Part shown: one piece after another, positions 11,001-19,650 of the stretch
Layout of the letters: every line of letters starts with the position of its first letter
Position numbering within the stretch: the stretch's first letter is position 1
Source: Candidatus Hydrogenedentota bacterium
GTDB taxonomy: Bacteria; Hydrogenedentota; Hydrogenedentia; Hydrogenedentales; SLHB01
Direction of reading: 5' to 3'
DNA length: 64,000 bases
Assembly: GCA_045863335.1 (NCBI GenBank)
Contig: BTVY01000001.1
Span: forward strand, 232,671 to 296,670
Made by a program: the position numbers and the translations under genes
The notes under the pieces: generated by a model
What the model was told of the DNA's origin: nothing
What the model saw: only the letters and a program-made list of their open reading frames with translations
The model's database searches: none

Positions 11001-11083
11001 ATCTATACCGGCCAACGCGAAATCCGCTGTACAACTACTCGAACTATCAGGCGACCGTGTCACTCCCGGGATCTTCCAATTAG
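8030..11083 (+). CDS. Secreted multidomain protein: beta-lactamase-family serine hydrolase + LamG/DUF1080-like beta-sandwich + FG-GAP/PL11 rhamnogalacturonan lyase-like propeller
   Basis: SxxK (SSAK) and YND in the N-terminal part; Ca-binding DxDGDG loops (DLNGDG, DLDGDG, DTDGDG, DITGDCRDE), HAD and GHVQ in the C-terminal part. Confidence 0.65.
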   Translation: MTSSKCQLLIAVNLMLSAFAVADANHFPGEQWELRAPADAGMDDAALESLAATLGGRGCVVKDGYVVKAWGDQAERSDWLSSAKPVLSTLLFFAIQEGKVESVDQRIADFGWPLEGKDAGITFRHLGAMSSGYARPDDPGEAWAYNDFAIQLYQQTLFDKIFGGEPDATAADPSRFGALQMEDGLDFSNDKRRLKASVRDFARIAWFWLNRGKWGGQQVLDARFFDEYMRPQTPEDLPHTQEAETNDYLGIGSFGGGSDHFTKFGAGIYGFNWWFNGTGRLHPDALTWPGAPADTIMSIGFGGNCSVIIPGMNLVLASAKGDWGKLDAGNPDSEFNRNIALLVSAVKNGTQAQPATQDLDEVTLLDDGFDALRPGNLFAVVGAHAEYHYVPETEPKAGWSVSAFTSSSLSQLAWKVVREGDDAVLTQTYRNKARHTHPLVTTGDALWSDYTASVRFAPTVEGRSGVAFRMHNDRCYYFFGVEGQRAVLMRVKHATAFRQPAEEVLAEEPFTWKPFEYLDATVTAKGQSLECTLNGQVTLTANDDTFQRGGIGLLSDARARYTHVNVTTSTAAADAFARERAEKLAEEERLQAENPKLLLWKRVETRDFGVGRNVRFGDLNGDGQIDVLIGQVRHHGPKDRNSELSCLTALTFDGDILWQIGEPDPWKDNLTNDVAFQIYDLDGDGANEVVYCMNMEIVVADGATGETKYKQPTPAMPASTPEPYNKFPRILGDSVYFCDLRGVGRPTDIILKDRYRNFWALTDKLEIQWYGECNTGHYPYAFDTDGDGRQELAIGYSLYSPDGNILWSLDDTIEDHADGVAIVNYGGPAQEPRLMCAASDEGMFFATLKGEVLKHHYLGHVQNPAVANFRDDLPGLETVSINFWGNQGIIHFFDAAGDIYHDFEPVQHGSMCLPINWTGNSEEFFVLSANPEYGGMYDGYGRRVVRFPADGHPDLCNAVLDITGDCRDEIVVWDPQEIWVYTQDDGVKTGDLYRPTRNPLYNYSNYQATVSLPGSSN

Positions 11084-11095
11084 CGAAAGGTTGAC

Positions 11096-11602
11096 ATGGA
11101 TACCGGTACACCGAAATCCAACCAGGCTATGCGCGCCGCATTGGCGCTTGCGGGCTTCCTCGCGCTGAGCTACGGCGTGGCGGCGGTGGGCGGCATCGCG
11201 ACCAGCAGTTCCGTCAACACCTGGTACACGCAGATCGAGAAACCCTCCTGGACGCCTCCCGGCAGCGTCATCGGCACCGTGTGGAGCGTCCTGTACTTCC
11301 TCATGGCGCTCGCCGCGTGGCTCGTGTATCTGCGCGGCGGCGTGCGCGCGAATACGAAGCCGTTGGGATTGTGGGCCGTGCAACTCGCACTCAACCTCGC
11401 CTGGTCGTTTCTGTTCTTCGGCCTTCGAAACCCCGGCGCGGCATTGGTCGAACTGGCGCTGCTCTGGATCGCTATCGCGGCAACCACCGTCGCTTTCGCT
11501 CGCGTCCGAACCTCCGCGATGATCCTGATGCTCCCGTACCTCGCCTGGGTGACCTTCGCCGGCTTCCTCAATGCCACGGTCTGGCTAATGAATCGCGGCT
11601 GA
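11096..11602 (+). CDS. tspO: TspO/MBR family tryptophan-rich sensory protein
   Basis: WY..IEKPSWTPP, VWSVLY, QLALNLAWS.LFFG, LPYLAWV.FA..LN. Confidence 0.92.
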   Translation: MDTGTPKSNQAMRAALALAGFLALSYGVAAVGGIATSSSVNTWYTQIEKPSWTPPGSVIGTVWSVLYFLMALAAWLVYLRGGVRANTKPLGLWAVQLALNLAWSFLFFGLRNPGAALVELALLWIAIAATTVAFARVRTSAMILMLPYLAWVTFAGFLNATVWLMNRG

Positions 11603-11695
11603 GTCGCTGCCCTGAATATCTCCCGGTATTTGCGTGTTACCCCTCAGAGAGTTCGTTCCCGGCTCAATGATTCTGCGGACAGGAGGTGATTCGCC

Positions 11696-13009
11696 ATGGC
11701 GGAACGGCACCGGGTGGTCATTATCGGCGGCGGGTTCGGAGGTCTACATGCCGCACGCCAGCTTCGGCAAGCCGATGTCGATGTGACCCTCATCGACAAG
11801 CGCAACTTCCATCTGTTCCAGCCGCTGCTGTATCAAGTCGCGACGGGCGCCCTCTCCCCCGCCAACATCGCGGCGCCGCTGCGCGCGGTATTCCGAAATC
11901 AACCAAACGTGCGCGTGCTCCTGGCTGAGGTAACCGGATTCGACGTGCAGGAGCGGAAGGTACATTTTGAGAATGGGCACGTTCCCTACGACACGCTCAT
12001 TGTCGCGGCCGGATCCGACAACGCGTACTTCGGTCACGACGAATGGCGCAGCCTCGCGCCGGGGCTGAAGACAGTAGAAGACGCCACGGAAATCCGCCGT
12101 CGCATCCTGCTCGCATTCGAGAAAGCAGAACTCGAGACCGACCCAAACGAAGTGAAGGCCCTCATGACCTTTGTCGTCGCGGGGGGCGGACCCACAGGAG
12201 TCGAATTATCCGGAGCGTTGGAGGAGATCGCGAATCATTCGCTGCGGCACAACTTCCGCACCATCCATCCCAGGGATACCCGCGTGATTCTGGCGGATGC
12301 CGCGGACCGTGTCCTGCCTCCTTTTCCCCCGGAGTTGTCCGAGGCGGCCGAACGTTCGCTGAAACGGCTCGGCGTGCAAGTCGAGAATGGAACGATGGTC
12401 GTCGACGTGCAACCCGGCTACGTCCTGCTCAAGCGTAATGGCACAGAAGAGCGCGTTGCCACGCATACCGTCCTTTGGGCGGCGGGCGTTCACGCCTGTA
12501 AGCTGGCCTCCACGCTGGCAGAGGCGACCGGTGCGCAGACCGACCGGCACGGACAGATTGTCGTGGAGCCCGACTTGATCATCCCGGGACATCCGGAGAT
12601 CTTCGTCATCGGCGACATGGCGCATGCAGTAGATTCGAAGTCCGGCAAACCGCTACCGGGTGTCGCGCAAGTGGCCATTCAAGAAGGTCGCTATGCGGCG
12701 AAGACGATTCGGGCGAGACTACAGGGCAAGAGGCTACCGCCGTTCAAATACCGCAACCTGGGCAACCTGGCGACGATTGGACGCGCCTCTGCCGTCGCCG
12801 ATTTCGGACGCATCAAGATCTCGGGGTTCACCGCATGGGTCCTGTGGCTATTCGTGCACCTCATGCACCTGGTGCAATTCCAGAACCGCGTGCTCGTGTT
12901 TTTCCAATGGGCCTGGTGCTACCTCACCTGGAACCGCGCAGCGCGATTGATCACCGGGCACGATGGGATCGCAAAGGAAGCCGAGGAACCTGTCGCTTCT
13001 TCAAAGTAG
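11696..13009 (+). CDS. ndh: Type II NADH dehydrogenase (FAD-dependent)
   Basis: GGGFGG, FQPLLYQVATG, GGGPTGVELSG, AQVAIQEG, ATIGR. Confidence 0.92.
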   Translation: MAERHRVVIIGGGFGGLHAARQLRQADVDVTLIDKRNFHLFQPLLYQVATGALSPANIAAPLRAVFRNQPNVRVLLAEVTGFDVQERKVHFENGHVPYDTLIVAAGSDNAYFGHDEWRSLAPGLKTVEDATEIRRRILLAFEKAELETDPNEVKALMTFVVAGGGPTGVELSGALEEIANHSLRHNFRTIHPRDTRVILADAADRVLPPFPPELSEAAERSLKRLGVQVENGTMVVDVQPGYVLLKRNGTEERVATHTVLWAAGVHACKLASTLAEATGAQTDRHGQIVVEPDLIIPGHPEIFVIGDMAHAVDSKSGKPLPGVAQVAIQEGRYAAKTIRARLQGKRLPPFKYRNLGNLATIGRASAVADFGRIKISGFTAWVLWLFVHLMHLVQFQNRVLVFFQWAWCYLTWNRAARLITGHDGIAKEAEEPVASSK

Positions 13010-13081
13010 ACCCCTGAATCCGATCTAGTGTCCAAGACCCTGGGTTCGTTCATTACGATCGTGTGCAAGAGCCGTTTAAAG

Positions 13082-13114
13082 TCCCCCTTTGAAGGGGGAT
13101 TTAGGGGGATGTTC
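13082..13114 (+). repeat. REP-like palindrome family A (TCCCCCTT(T/C)GAAGGGGGA-nn-AGGGGGATGTT) between convergent ndh and serC
   Basis: tccccctttgaagggggatttagggggatgttc; near-identical copies at 17383-17416 (reverse), 17571-17605 and 63701-63734. Confidence 0.85.
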
Positions 13115-13134
13115 CCTTAGATGACTCCAGTATA

Positions 13135-14226
13135 CTAGCAATTCTTCGCGCGGAACTCCGTCATGAAGTCCACAAGCGCTTCGACGCCCTCGAGGGTCAT
13201 GGCGTTGTAAATGGACGCGCGAATGCCGCCCACGGAACGATGTCCCTTCAATCCGTGCATGCCCGCCGCCGTGGCTTCTTTCACGAACTGTTGTTCGAGT
13301 TCCTCGCTCGGCAGACGCCACGTCACGTTCATCACGGAGCGCGCCTCTTTCACCGCGTGGCCGCGATAGAATCCGCCGCTGCCGTCGATCATGGTGTAGA
13401 GCAGGCGGGCCTTCTTCTTGTTAAGCGAAGCGACTTCTTCCAGCCCGCCGATGTCGTCCAACAACCACTGGGTCACCAGCTTGATCATGTAGATGGCGAA
13501 GCATGGCGGGGTGTTGTACAGCGAGTCGTTGTCCGCGGCGATCTTGTAATCGAGCATGGACGGCAGGCCTTCTGGCACCCGCGCCAGCAGGTCGTCCCGA
13601 ATGATGACCAGCGCAACGCCCGAAGGTCCTATGTTCTTCTGCGCGCCGGCGTAGATGAGGCCGTATTTCTCGATGGGCAGCGGCCGCGAAAGAATGTCCG
13701 AAGACGCGTCGCAAACCAGCGGCACGTCGCCGGTCTCAGGCTCCACGAAAAACTCCACGCCTTCGATCGTTTCGTTGGAGGTGAAGTGGCAATACGCCGC
13801 CTTGGGATCCAGCTTCAGTTCATCCTGCTGCGGAAGCCGGTTGAACCCTTCCTCCTTGCCGGTCCACGCAACATTGACGGTGCCCGACTTCTTCGCTTCT
13901 TTCAGGGCCTTGTTGCCCCACGAACCCGTCAGAATGTAGTCCGCGCTATTGCCTTCCCCGAGAAAGTTCATGGGAATCATGGAGAACTGAAGCGATGCAC
14001 CGCCCTGAATGAACAGGACTTTGTAGTTTTCAGGCAGGTTCAGAAGCTTTTGAACGTTATCCTTCGCCCCAGCGAGCACTTCCGCGAACTGCTTAGACCG
14101 GTGACTGATCTCCATGACGGAAGCGCCGGCCCCGGGATAAACGAGCAGATTCTTCTGGGCCTCTTCCAACGCCGGCAGCGGCAATGCCGCCGGACCCGCG
14201 GAAAAGTTGTATACGCGCTGTGCCAT
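13135..14226 (-). CDS. serC: Phosphoserine aminotransferase
   Basis: NFSAGPA, SVMEISHRS, GGASLQF, SNETIEG, YAGAQKNIGPSG, YNTPP, KGHRSVGGIRASIYNA. Confidence 0.97.
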   Translation of the reverse strand: MAQRVYNFSAGPAALPLPALEEAQKNLLVYPGAGASVMEISHRSKQFAEVLAGAKDNVQKLLNLPENYKVLFIQGGASLQFSMIPMNFLGEGNSADYILTGSWGNKALKEAKKSGTVNVAWTGKEEGFNRLPQQDELKLDPKAAYCHFTSNETIEGVEFFVEPETGDVPLVCDASSDILSRPLPIEKYGLIYAGAQKNIGPSGVALVIIRDDLLARVPEGLPSMLDYKIAADNDSLYNTPPCFAIYMIKLVTQWLLDDIGGLEEVASLNKKKARLLYTMIDGSGGFYRGHAVKEARSVMNVTWRLPSEELEQQFVKEATAAGMHGLKGHRSVGGIRASIYNAMTLEGVEALVDFMTEFRAKNC

Positions 14227-14393
14227 GGTCAGTACTCCTTCGTGCATACGTTTGTACGGGGCTATCCGGCGGTCGCCGGGGGTCTCTCCTGAACCATAGA
14301 TTCTATCTCCGTCGCGGACAACGCGTCAAATTGTGCTGCCGTTCTCGATTAGGCCAAAGCCGGTGATATCGCGCCTCCGAATATGCGTACCGG

Positions 14394-15989
14394 CTAGGGG
14401 GCAGCGGACGCCGGCCTGTCCATCGCCCAGAAGATCGCGTTCGTCAACAGTCTCGTGAACTCGGGCCGGTCGAAATCATCGGGATGCCCCAAACCGCTGT
14501 AAAACACGCGGGCGCCCTTGTACTCCCGGACCCACGTCAACGGCTCGGTCTGATCGGGAATCGAACCGGTCATCAGTACCGTCGCGTCCTCGGCGACCGG
14601 ACTCGTGTAGTACAAGGACCCGGTGCTGTGCCACGGTTCCGGCGAAAGATCCGCAAGCACGGGATGGGACTTCACCTCAGGAACGATCCGCACGTCGGTT
14701 CCCAACTCGTTCGGCCCATGATTGTGGTAGTTGCCGCCCAGTACCTCCGCGTCAAACTCCGGCCATTCGGCGCGTCCTTCGGGCACTTTGAAATCCGGCG
14801 GATCTTTGTAGTTCATCTTGAAGGCATGGCTGGCGGTGCGTAGTCCGATGACCGGGCCGCCTCCGTTGACGTAATCCTGCAGCGCAGTCATCTGCGTTTC
14901 AGGAAGGGCGAGTCTCCGCACGTATACGATGGCGACGTCCGTGGTCTCGAGTTCCACCATACCCGGTATATCCGCTTCGCCCTGGCCGTGCAGGACGGTG
15001 CAGTAGAGTCCATGCTTCTCACGAAGCTCTTGTGCAAACCGCGGCAAGGTCTCGTCCGCGCCGTAATGATCGTCGCTGACGATAAACGTCACGTGTGGCC
15101 GCGTATCCTGCGCAAAGCGAAACGCCGGTTGGTCCAACAGGTCGGTGCTCGTGAACGTCGGGCACCAGTATTGCTCGATATGCTCGATGATGAGTTCCGT
15201 GCCGCGCACGTGGCTGACCTTAGGCGGCATCTCGGGGTTGTACAAGGCGTCGGTCATATCGCGCATGAGCGCCACGTTCTTCCCGAGGTACACCATCTGC
15301 CGGATGCCGAATGGACGCCCGAGGATACACATGTTGGTGTGGACGCCGACGAGAATGACGTTCTCGATCCCCTGTTGTTCGAGGTAGTAGTAAACCTCCG
15401 CGCCTTCCCCGATCGCGTCCTCGTCCGCAATCTCGATCGCGTCGTGCTGATGGGTCTGCGGACGCGTCCCTCCCTCCACATGACCTTCCCAACCGCCATC
15501 GGAGTCGTCGATAGGCAATGGCGGTTCCCGGTCCGGGTTCAGATGGTTCCATTGCAGCGGGACTTCGGTGTCCACCTTCGGCGCGTCGAGGCAACGCTTC
15601 CGCTGCGGCCAATCGGCGTAATAGTCCGTGCAGCCGCTCGGCGCATGAACGATCGTCACCCCGCGCGCGCGCGCCGCCTTTAAGACTTCATTCATGCGAG
15701 GCGCCATCTCCGCCACGCGCGCCGCGACCACATCCGCGCGGAGCGTATCCCACATGTCGCACACGATGATTGCCGTCTTCGCGGGGTCCCAGTGGACGGT
15801 CTCGTAGGTGAAGTCGAGCCGGCCCTCGGACGACACCGAGCGGCTCCGCATAACGAGATCCAGCGCCGTGGATTCCGCGGCCGCGGCCTCCGCGAAGCAT
15901 GGGACGTATACGACCGATAAGACCAATAGGACAACAAGCAGCATCGCCCGACACGCACGGTCCCCAGCGATCATTGATTTCGTAAACAT
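14394..15989 (-). CDS. Secreted isochorismatase-family cysteine hydrolase fused to ThuA-like (class I glutamine amidotransferase-like) domain
   Basis: TAIIVCDMWD, GVHTNMCILGRPFGIRQ; C-terminal LRTASHAF, RVFYSGLGHPDDF. Confidence 0.8.
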   Translation of the reverse strand: MFTKSMIAGDRACRAMLLVVLLVLSVVYVPCFAEAAAAESTALDLVMRSRSVSSEGRLDFTYETVHWDPAKTAIIVCDMWDTLRADVVAARVAEMAPRMNEVLKAARARGVTIVHAPSGCTDYYADWPQRKRCLDAPKVDTEVPLQWNHLNPDREPPLPIDDSDGGWEGHVEGGTRPQTHQHDAIEIADEDAIGEGAEVYYYLEQQGIENVILVGVHTNMCILGRPFGIRQMVYLGKNVALMRDMTDALYNPEMPPKVSHVRGTELIIEHIEQYWCPTFTSTDLLDQPAFRFAQDTRPHVTFIVSDDHYGADETLPRFAQELREKHGLYCTVLHGQGEADIPGMVELETTDVAIVYVRRLALPETQMTALQDYVNGGGPVIGLRTASHAFKMNYKDPPDFKVPEGRAEWPEFDAEVLGGNYHNHGPNELGTDVRIVPEVKSHPVLADLSPEPWHSTGSLYYTSPVAEDATVLMTGSIPDQTEPLTWVREYKGARVFYSGLGHPDDFDRPEFTRLLTNAIFWAMDRPASAAP

Positions 15990-15991
15990 CT

Positions 15992-16037
15992 TCTCCAGCC
16001 TCCGGTCTCCAGCCTCCAGCCTCCAGCCTCCAGCCTC
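15992..16037 (+). repeat. Heptamer tandem repeat (CTCCAGC)n family
   Basis: tctccagcctccggtctccagcctccagcctccagcctccagcctc; identical 23-24 nt copies at 62773-62795 and 62850-62873. Confidence 0.85.
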
Positions 16038-17343
16038 ATCCTAGCGTCCACGGCTTCCGGTACTCGTAGTGAAGCAACTCGTTCGCTTCCGTGCTGTTCG
16101 TGATCTGTTCGCGCTCGGCGTCCCACTCCAGGCGCAACTGGGTGGCCAGGGAAATATTCGCGAGCAGACTGAAGGTCGTAGAACGATGCCCGATCTCCAC
16201 ATCCGCGTTCGGCTTCTCGCGGGACTTCACGCAATCGAGGAAATTGCGCGCATGCATGGCCGTCAACGCCGCGTTGCTGCCCGGTTCCTCGTCCGTCATA
16301 GGCTCCATGCGCGGTTCGGAATCCTGGAACTGGCCACCGCGTTCGGGGACAATCTCGAAGCTGGGACCCGACGCGTAAACCGTCCCCAAGGTGCCGCGCA
16401 ATTCCACTTCGCCTTTGCGCATGGCCGGCGCACCGCTGGCTTCATACTGGCCGAAGATGGCGAGGCGGCCCGAGGCGAATTGGAAGTTCGCTTCGAGCGT
16501 ATCGGGGACCGTGCGGTCGTCATCCACCACAAACCGGCCGCCCATGGCACAGATGGACGCTGGCGCGAGTTCTCCCGTCATCCACCGGATCGCGTCGAGA
16601 TAGTGGACGCCCCAGTTCCCCATCTGCGACGAGTACAGTTTCCACCAGCGGAAGTTGTAGGGGCAGATGTTGTCCTGATAAGGCCGCTCGGGGCGCGGAC
16701 CCAGCCACATGTCCCAATCGAGATCGGCGGGCGGATCGGAATGCGGCAGCTTGCCGATGCCGTCGGGATACATGTTGCTCAATCGATAACAGCGGCCGAC
16801 AGTCACGTAGCCAATTTTGCCGCTCTGCACGATCTCGGCCAGCCGATGATAAAGCGGCGACGAGCGGCGGTGCGTGCCAACCTGTACGACGCGGTTGTTG
16901 CGCCGCGCGGCTTCGACCATCCGTCGGCCTTCATGAACCGTGATGGATAGCGGCTTCTCGACGTACACGTCCTTACCCGAATCGCAGGCCATGATCGTCT
17001 GGATAGCGTGCCAATGATCGGGCGTGGCGATGACCACCGCATCGAGATCGTTCCGTTCGATGAGCTTGCGGAAGTCGGTATACGAGTCAACGTCGCGGCC
17101 CAGTTGCTCTTTCGTCTTCTCGATGTAGGGCTGGTAGACATCGCAAATGGCCGCGACTTCCATGTCCGGTTGCTCGCAGAACGCCTCGACCAGTTGTCCG
17201 CCCCGATTCCCCACACCGATGAAACCCAGGCGTACCTTCTCGTTTGCGCTCGCATCTTGCGCACGCGCGGAACGCGTTGCCGCCGCGCCCAAAGCCGCCG
17301 CGCCAGTGCCGATGAATGTCCGCCGAGTGATCTCGCTATGCAT
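16036..17343 (-). CDS. Tat-exported Gfo/Idh/MocA oxidoreductase
   Basis: TRRTFI Tat motif; GFIGVGNRG, ATPDHWH, VYVEKP, WDMWLGP, WGVHYLD. Confidence 0.9.
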   Translation of the reverse strand: MHSEITRRTFIGTGAAALGAAATRSARAQDASANEKVRLGFIGVGNRGGQLVEAFCEQPDMEVAAICDVYQPYIEKTKEQLGRDVDSYTDFRKLIERNDLDAVVIATPDHWHAIQTIMACDSGKDVYVEKPLSITVHEGRRMVEAARRNNRVVQVGTHRRSSPLYHRLAEIVQSGKIGYVTVGRCYRLSNMYPDGIGKLPHSDPPADLDWDMWLGPRPERPYQDNICPYNFRWWKLYSSQMGNWGVHYLDAIRWMTGELAPASICAMGGRFVVDDDRTVPDTLEANFQFASGRLAIFGQYEASGAPAMRKGEVELRGTLGTVYASGPSFEIVPERGGQFQDSEPRMEPMTDEEPGSNAALTAMHARNFLDCVKSREKPNADVEIGHRSTTFSLLANISLATQLRLEWDAEREQITNSTEANELLHYEYRKPWTLG

Positions 17344-17382
17344 CGTAAGCTCCCTTTCTCAAAAACCAACAGCCTCACACAA

Positions 17383-17605
17383 AGAACATCCCCCTTGATC
17401 CCCCTTCGAAGGGGGAGTCGCGTTACGTCGCGATCTTGGCATGTGCCGATCGATTGCCTGACACGTCGTCGTGGATATACCGCGCAACGCTTCGCGTTGC
17501 GCAGGCAAAGCGAGGGGTCTCGCGTTGGGAACGGCACAGGAACTGCGGCTCAATAGTGATGCTGGGCAATTCCCCCTTTGAAGGGGGATCAAGGGGGATG
17601 TTTCT
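17383..17605. repeat. Inverted pair of family-A REP palindromes enclosing about 155 bp (REPIN/MITE-like unit)
   Basis: agaacatcccccttgatcccccttcgaaggggga (17383-17416) and tccccctttgaagggggatcaagggggatgtttct (17571-17605) are near reverse complements. Confidence 0.8.
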
Positions 17606-17638
17606 TCGACCATGTCCACCCCTTTTCGTTGACGCAAA

Positions 17639-19630
17639 CTAAGAGCCGGGCGCGACGTTGCCGCTAACCCAGATGGGCGAAGACCAGGCCATCACGATGC
17701 GGCCACCGATGTCGTTCGCCTGACGCAGGCGCATGTAGTACACGCTGCCTTCGGTGCAGGCCTCGTCCATAAACACTTCGGAGAACTCCAGCGTGTTGGG
17801 CTTCCACGCTTGAATTACGGTAAACGCTTCCTCGCCGGGCTGGTGACGAAGGAGTTCCACCAAGGCAATGCTGTCCGTGCCGATGGCCTCCAGCTTCAAC
17901 TCGGCGGTATCCACCGATTCGAGAATCGACCCCATGGGTTCGCCGTTGAGCGTGAAATCGAGAACAATCTTCGCGCCGGTCGTGCCGTAGGTGCGGCGCT
18001 CGTACAGCGCCTGAAACACGGCGTTGCGCGAGTTCTCCGTGGCGCGCACAGCCGTCAATCCATAGAAGGGCTTTCCGGGTTGGGCGCGGTGATCGTCGGA
18101 CGCCGCCACCGTCGAAAGGTAGAGACCCCGAGCCCAAACGTCCTGCGCATGAGTCGGCCCGTCGTGACTCTTCGAGTCGGAGGTAAACCAACTCTGCTCA
18201 AACGAGAGCGGATGATCCGGGTTGTATGCCTCGCTGAGACCATGACCAGAATAGATCTCAAAGTTGCGGCGCAATTCGGGATCGTGAAAGCCGAAGTCAA
18301 CATCTTGAGGGAACTTCCCCGTATGGTGCGGAATGGTCAGCGCGTTTCCGGCATCGAGCGCTTTCCACAACTCGGGCAAGGTCGCCGCCTGCGGATTGAT
18401 CAGCGCGCCCGGCGCACCACGGAAAAAAACGTTGTGATGCCCGTACGGCGTGCCAAAGGAACATCCATACGCATGAATGGTCACGAACGCGGGGGGATCG
18501 TGGTGTTTCTCGGTCTTGGCGGTGTACTCATCCCAGACACCGGGGTGCAGACCCTTCGTGCCTTCCGCTGCCGGTTCGTTGGAGTGATCGGTCATGGCAT
18601 AGAAATCGAGTCCCATGGCATAGCGGGCGTAATCGAAATTGTCGTAGCCCACGCCGTCCCAACTGTAATGCGTATGGGAATGCAATTCGCCCCAAAGTAC
18701 CCGCAATTCCGGCTCGGCCGCCGAAACGATACAGGGATTGGACACCGCGCTTACGTTCTTGTCATCCGCCCAAGCGTGAAATCGCAGCGTCCCCGTTGCC
18801 TGTGGAGTGGCTTCGAATTCAACATAGCCCTGGCCAGACGGGACGTCGACCACCGATGGAAGGGCAGCCTCTCCGGTCTCGATGTTCAGCCGCACCGATG
18901 CGGGCACGTGAACGGGATTGTTCTCGGCATCCAGCAACGACACCAGCACGCGGATGGGCTTGTCAACCACCGCCTGCGAAGGCGCGTGCACGAGCATGTA
19001 CGCCGCCGGACCGGGTTCGATGGAAATCGACGCGGGCTCCGTGTGAAGAGCAAACGTGCTGTTCCCATTCGCATCAACCGCCAGAAGCACAGGAAGCTCC
19101 GCCCCAGTCACCTCGCCCGGACGCAGGCCGCGGCTTCCCCCGCTGGTATCACCGTAAACGACGGTGATGGTGTCCCCTTCTTGAAGCGCGCCCTTGGCGA
19201 CTTGTACACGCACAACAAACACGTAACGTTCAAACCGGCCATCCAACGACGGCTTCGCGTGCTTTACAAGTTCGTTCTCGACTTCGTGCTCCACCGATGC
19301 GCGCAACGTAACGCCCTCGCGCGAGCACAACGCCGTAACATAGTGGTCGCCGGAGGGACTGCTCGCCTGCAACCGGATCGCGCTGTTCCGGGGCCCCGCG
19401 TGCATCTCGTCCGGAAGCTGCACGCGAATGCCGCCCCCTTCCGCGATGCCATCGGAGCCGGCCGTGTACGTCACCGCCCACGTGCCGTAGACGCCGGAGA
19501 CGGCGGAGTCCGGATGCACAGAGTATGATCCCGCGGTAGTCGTGCCTTCCATAACCGGGTCGGGAGGCTGCGCGAATACCGGGGCGGCAGCGCACAAAAG
19601 AACCAAGCACAACGCGACGGATTTCCGCAT
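17639..19630 (-). CDS. Secreted DUF3604/PHP-fold (CehA/McbA-like) metallohydrolase
   Basis: Signal peptide; WGELHSHT..S.DG, TDH, GHHNV, IPHH, EIYSGHG, SDDH, RRTYGTTG, AWSSPIW. Confidence 0.8.
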   Translation of the reverse strand: MRKSVALCLVLLCAAAPVFAQPPDPVMEGTTTAGSYSVHPDSAVSGVYGTWAVTYTAGSDGIAEGGGIRVQLPDEMHAGPRNSAIRLQASSPSGDHYVTALCSREGVTLRASVEHEVENELVKHAKPSLDGRFERYVFVVRVQVAKGALQEGDTITVVYGDTSGGSRGLRPGEVTGAELPVLLAVDANGNSTFALHTEPASISIEPGPAAYMLVHAPSQAVVDKPIRVLVSLLDAENNPVHVPASVRLNIETGEAALPSVVDVPSGQGYVEFEATPQATGTLRFHAWADDKNVSAVSNPCIVSAAEPELRVLWGELHSHTHYSWDGVGYDNFDYARYAMGLDFYAMTDHSNEPAAEGTKGLHPGVWDEYTAKTEKHHDPPAFVTIHAYGCSFGTPYGHHNVFFRGAPGALINPQAATLPELWKALDAGNALTIPHHTGKFPQDVDFGFHDPELRRNFEIYSGHGLSEAYNPDHPLSFEQSWFTSDSKSHDGPTHAQDVWARGLYLSTVAASDDHRAQPGKPFYGLTAVRATENSRNAVFQALYERRTYGTTGAKIVLDFTLNGEPMGSILESVDTAELKLEAIGTDSIALVELLRHQPGEEAFTVIQAWKPNTLEFSEVFMDEACTEGSVYYMRLRQANDIGGRIVMAWSSPIWVSGNVAPGS

Positions 19631-19650
19631 CTTTCATCTTCTCCCGAGTT

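Noticed and set aside
17810-19528. Long antisense ORFs (also 28701..30134, 33719..35146, 43623..45059, 56509..57972)
   Set aside because: Shadow frames opposite well-supported genes, expected in high-GC DNA, with no recognisable motifs.
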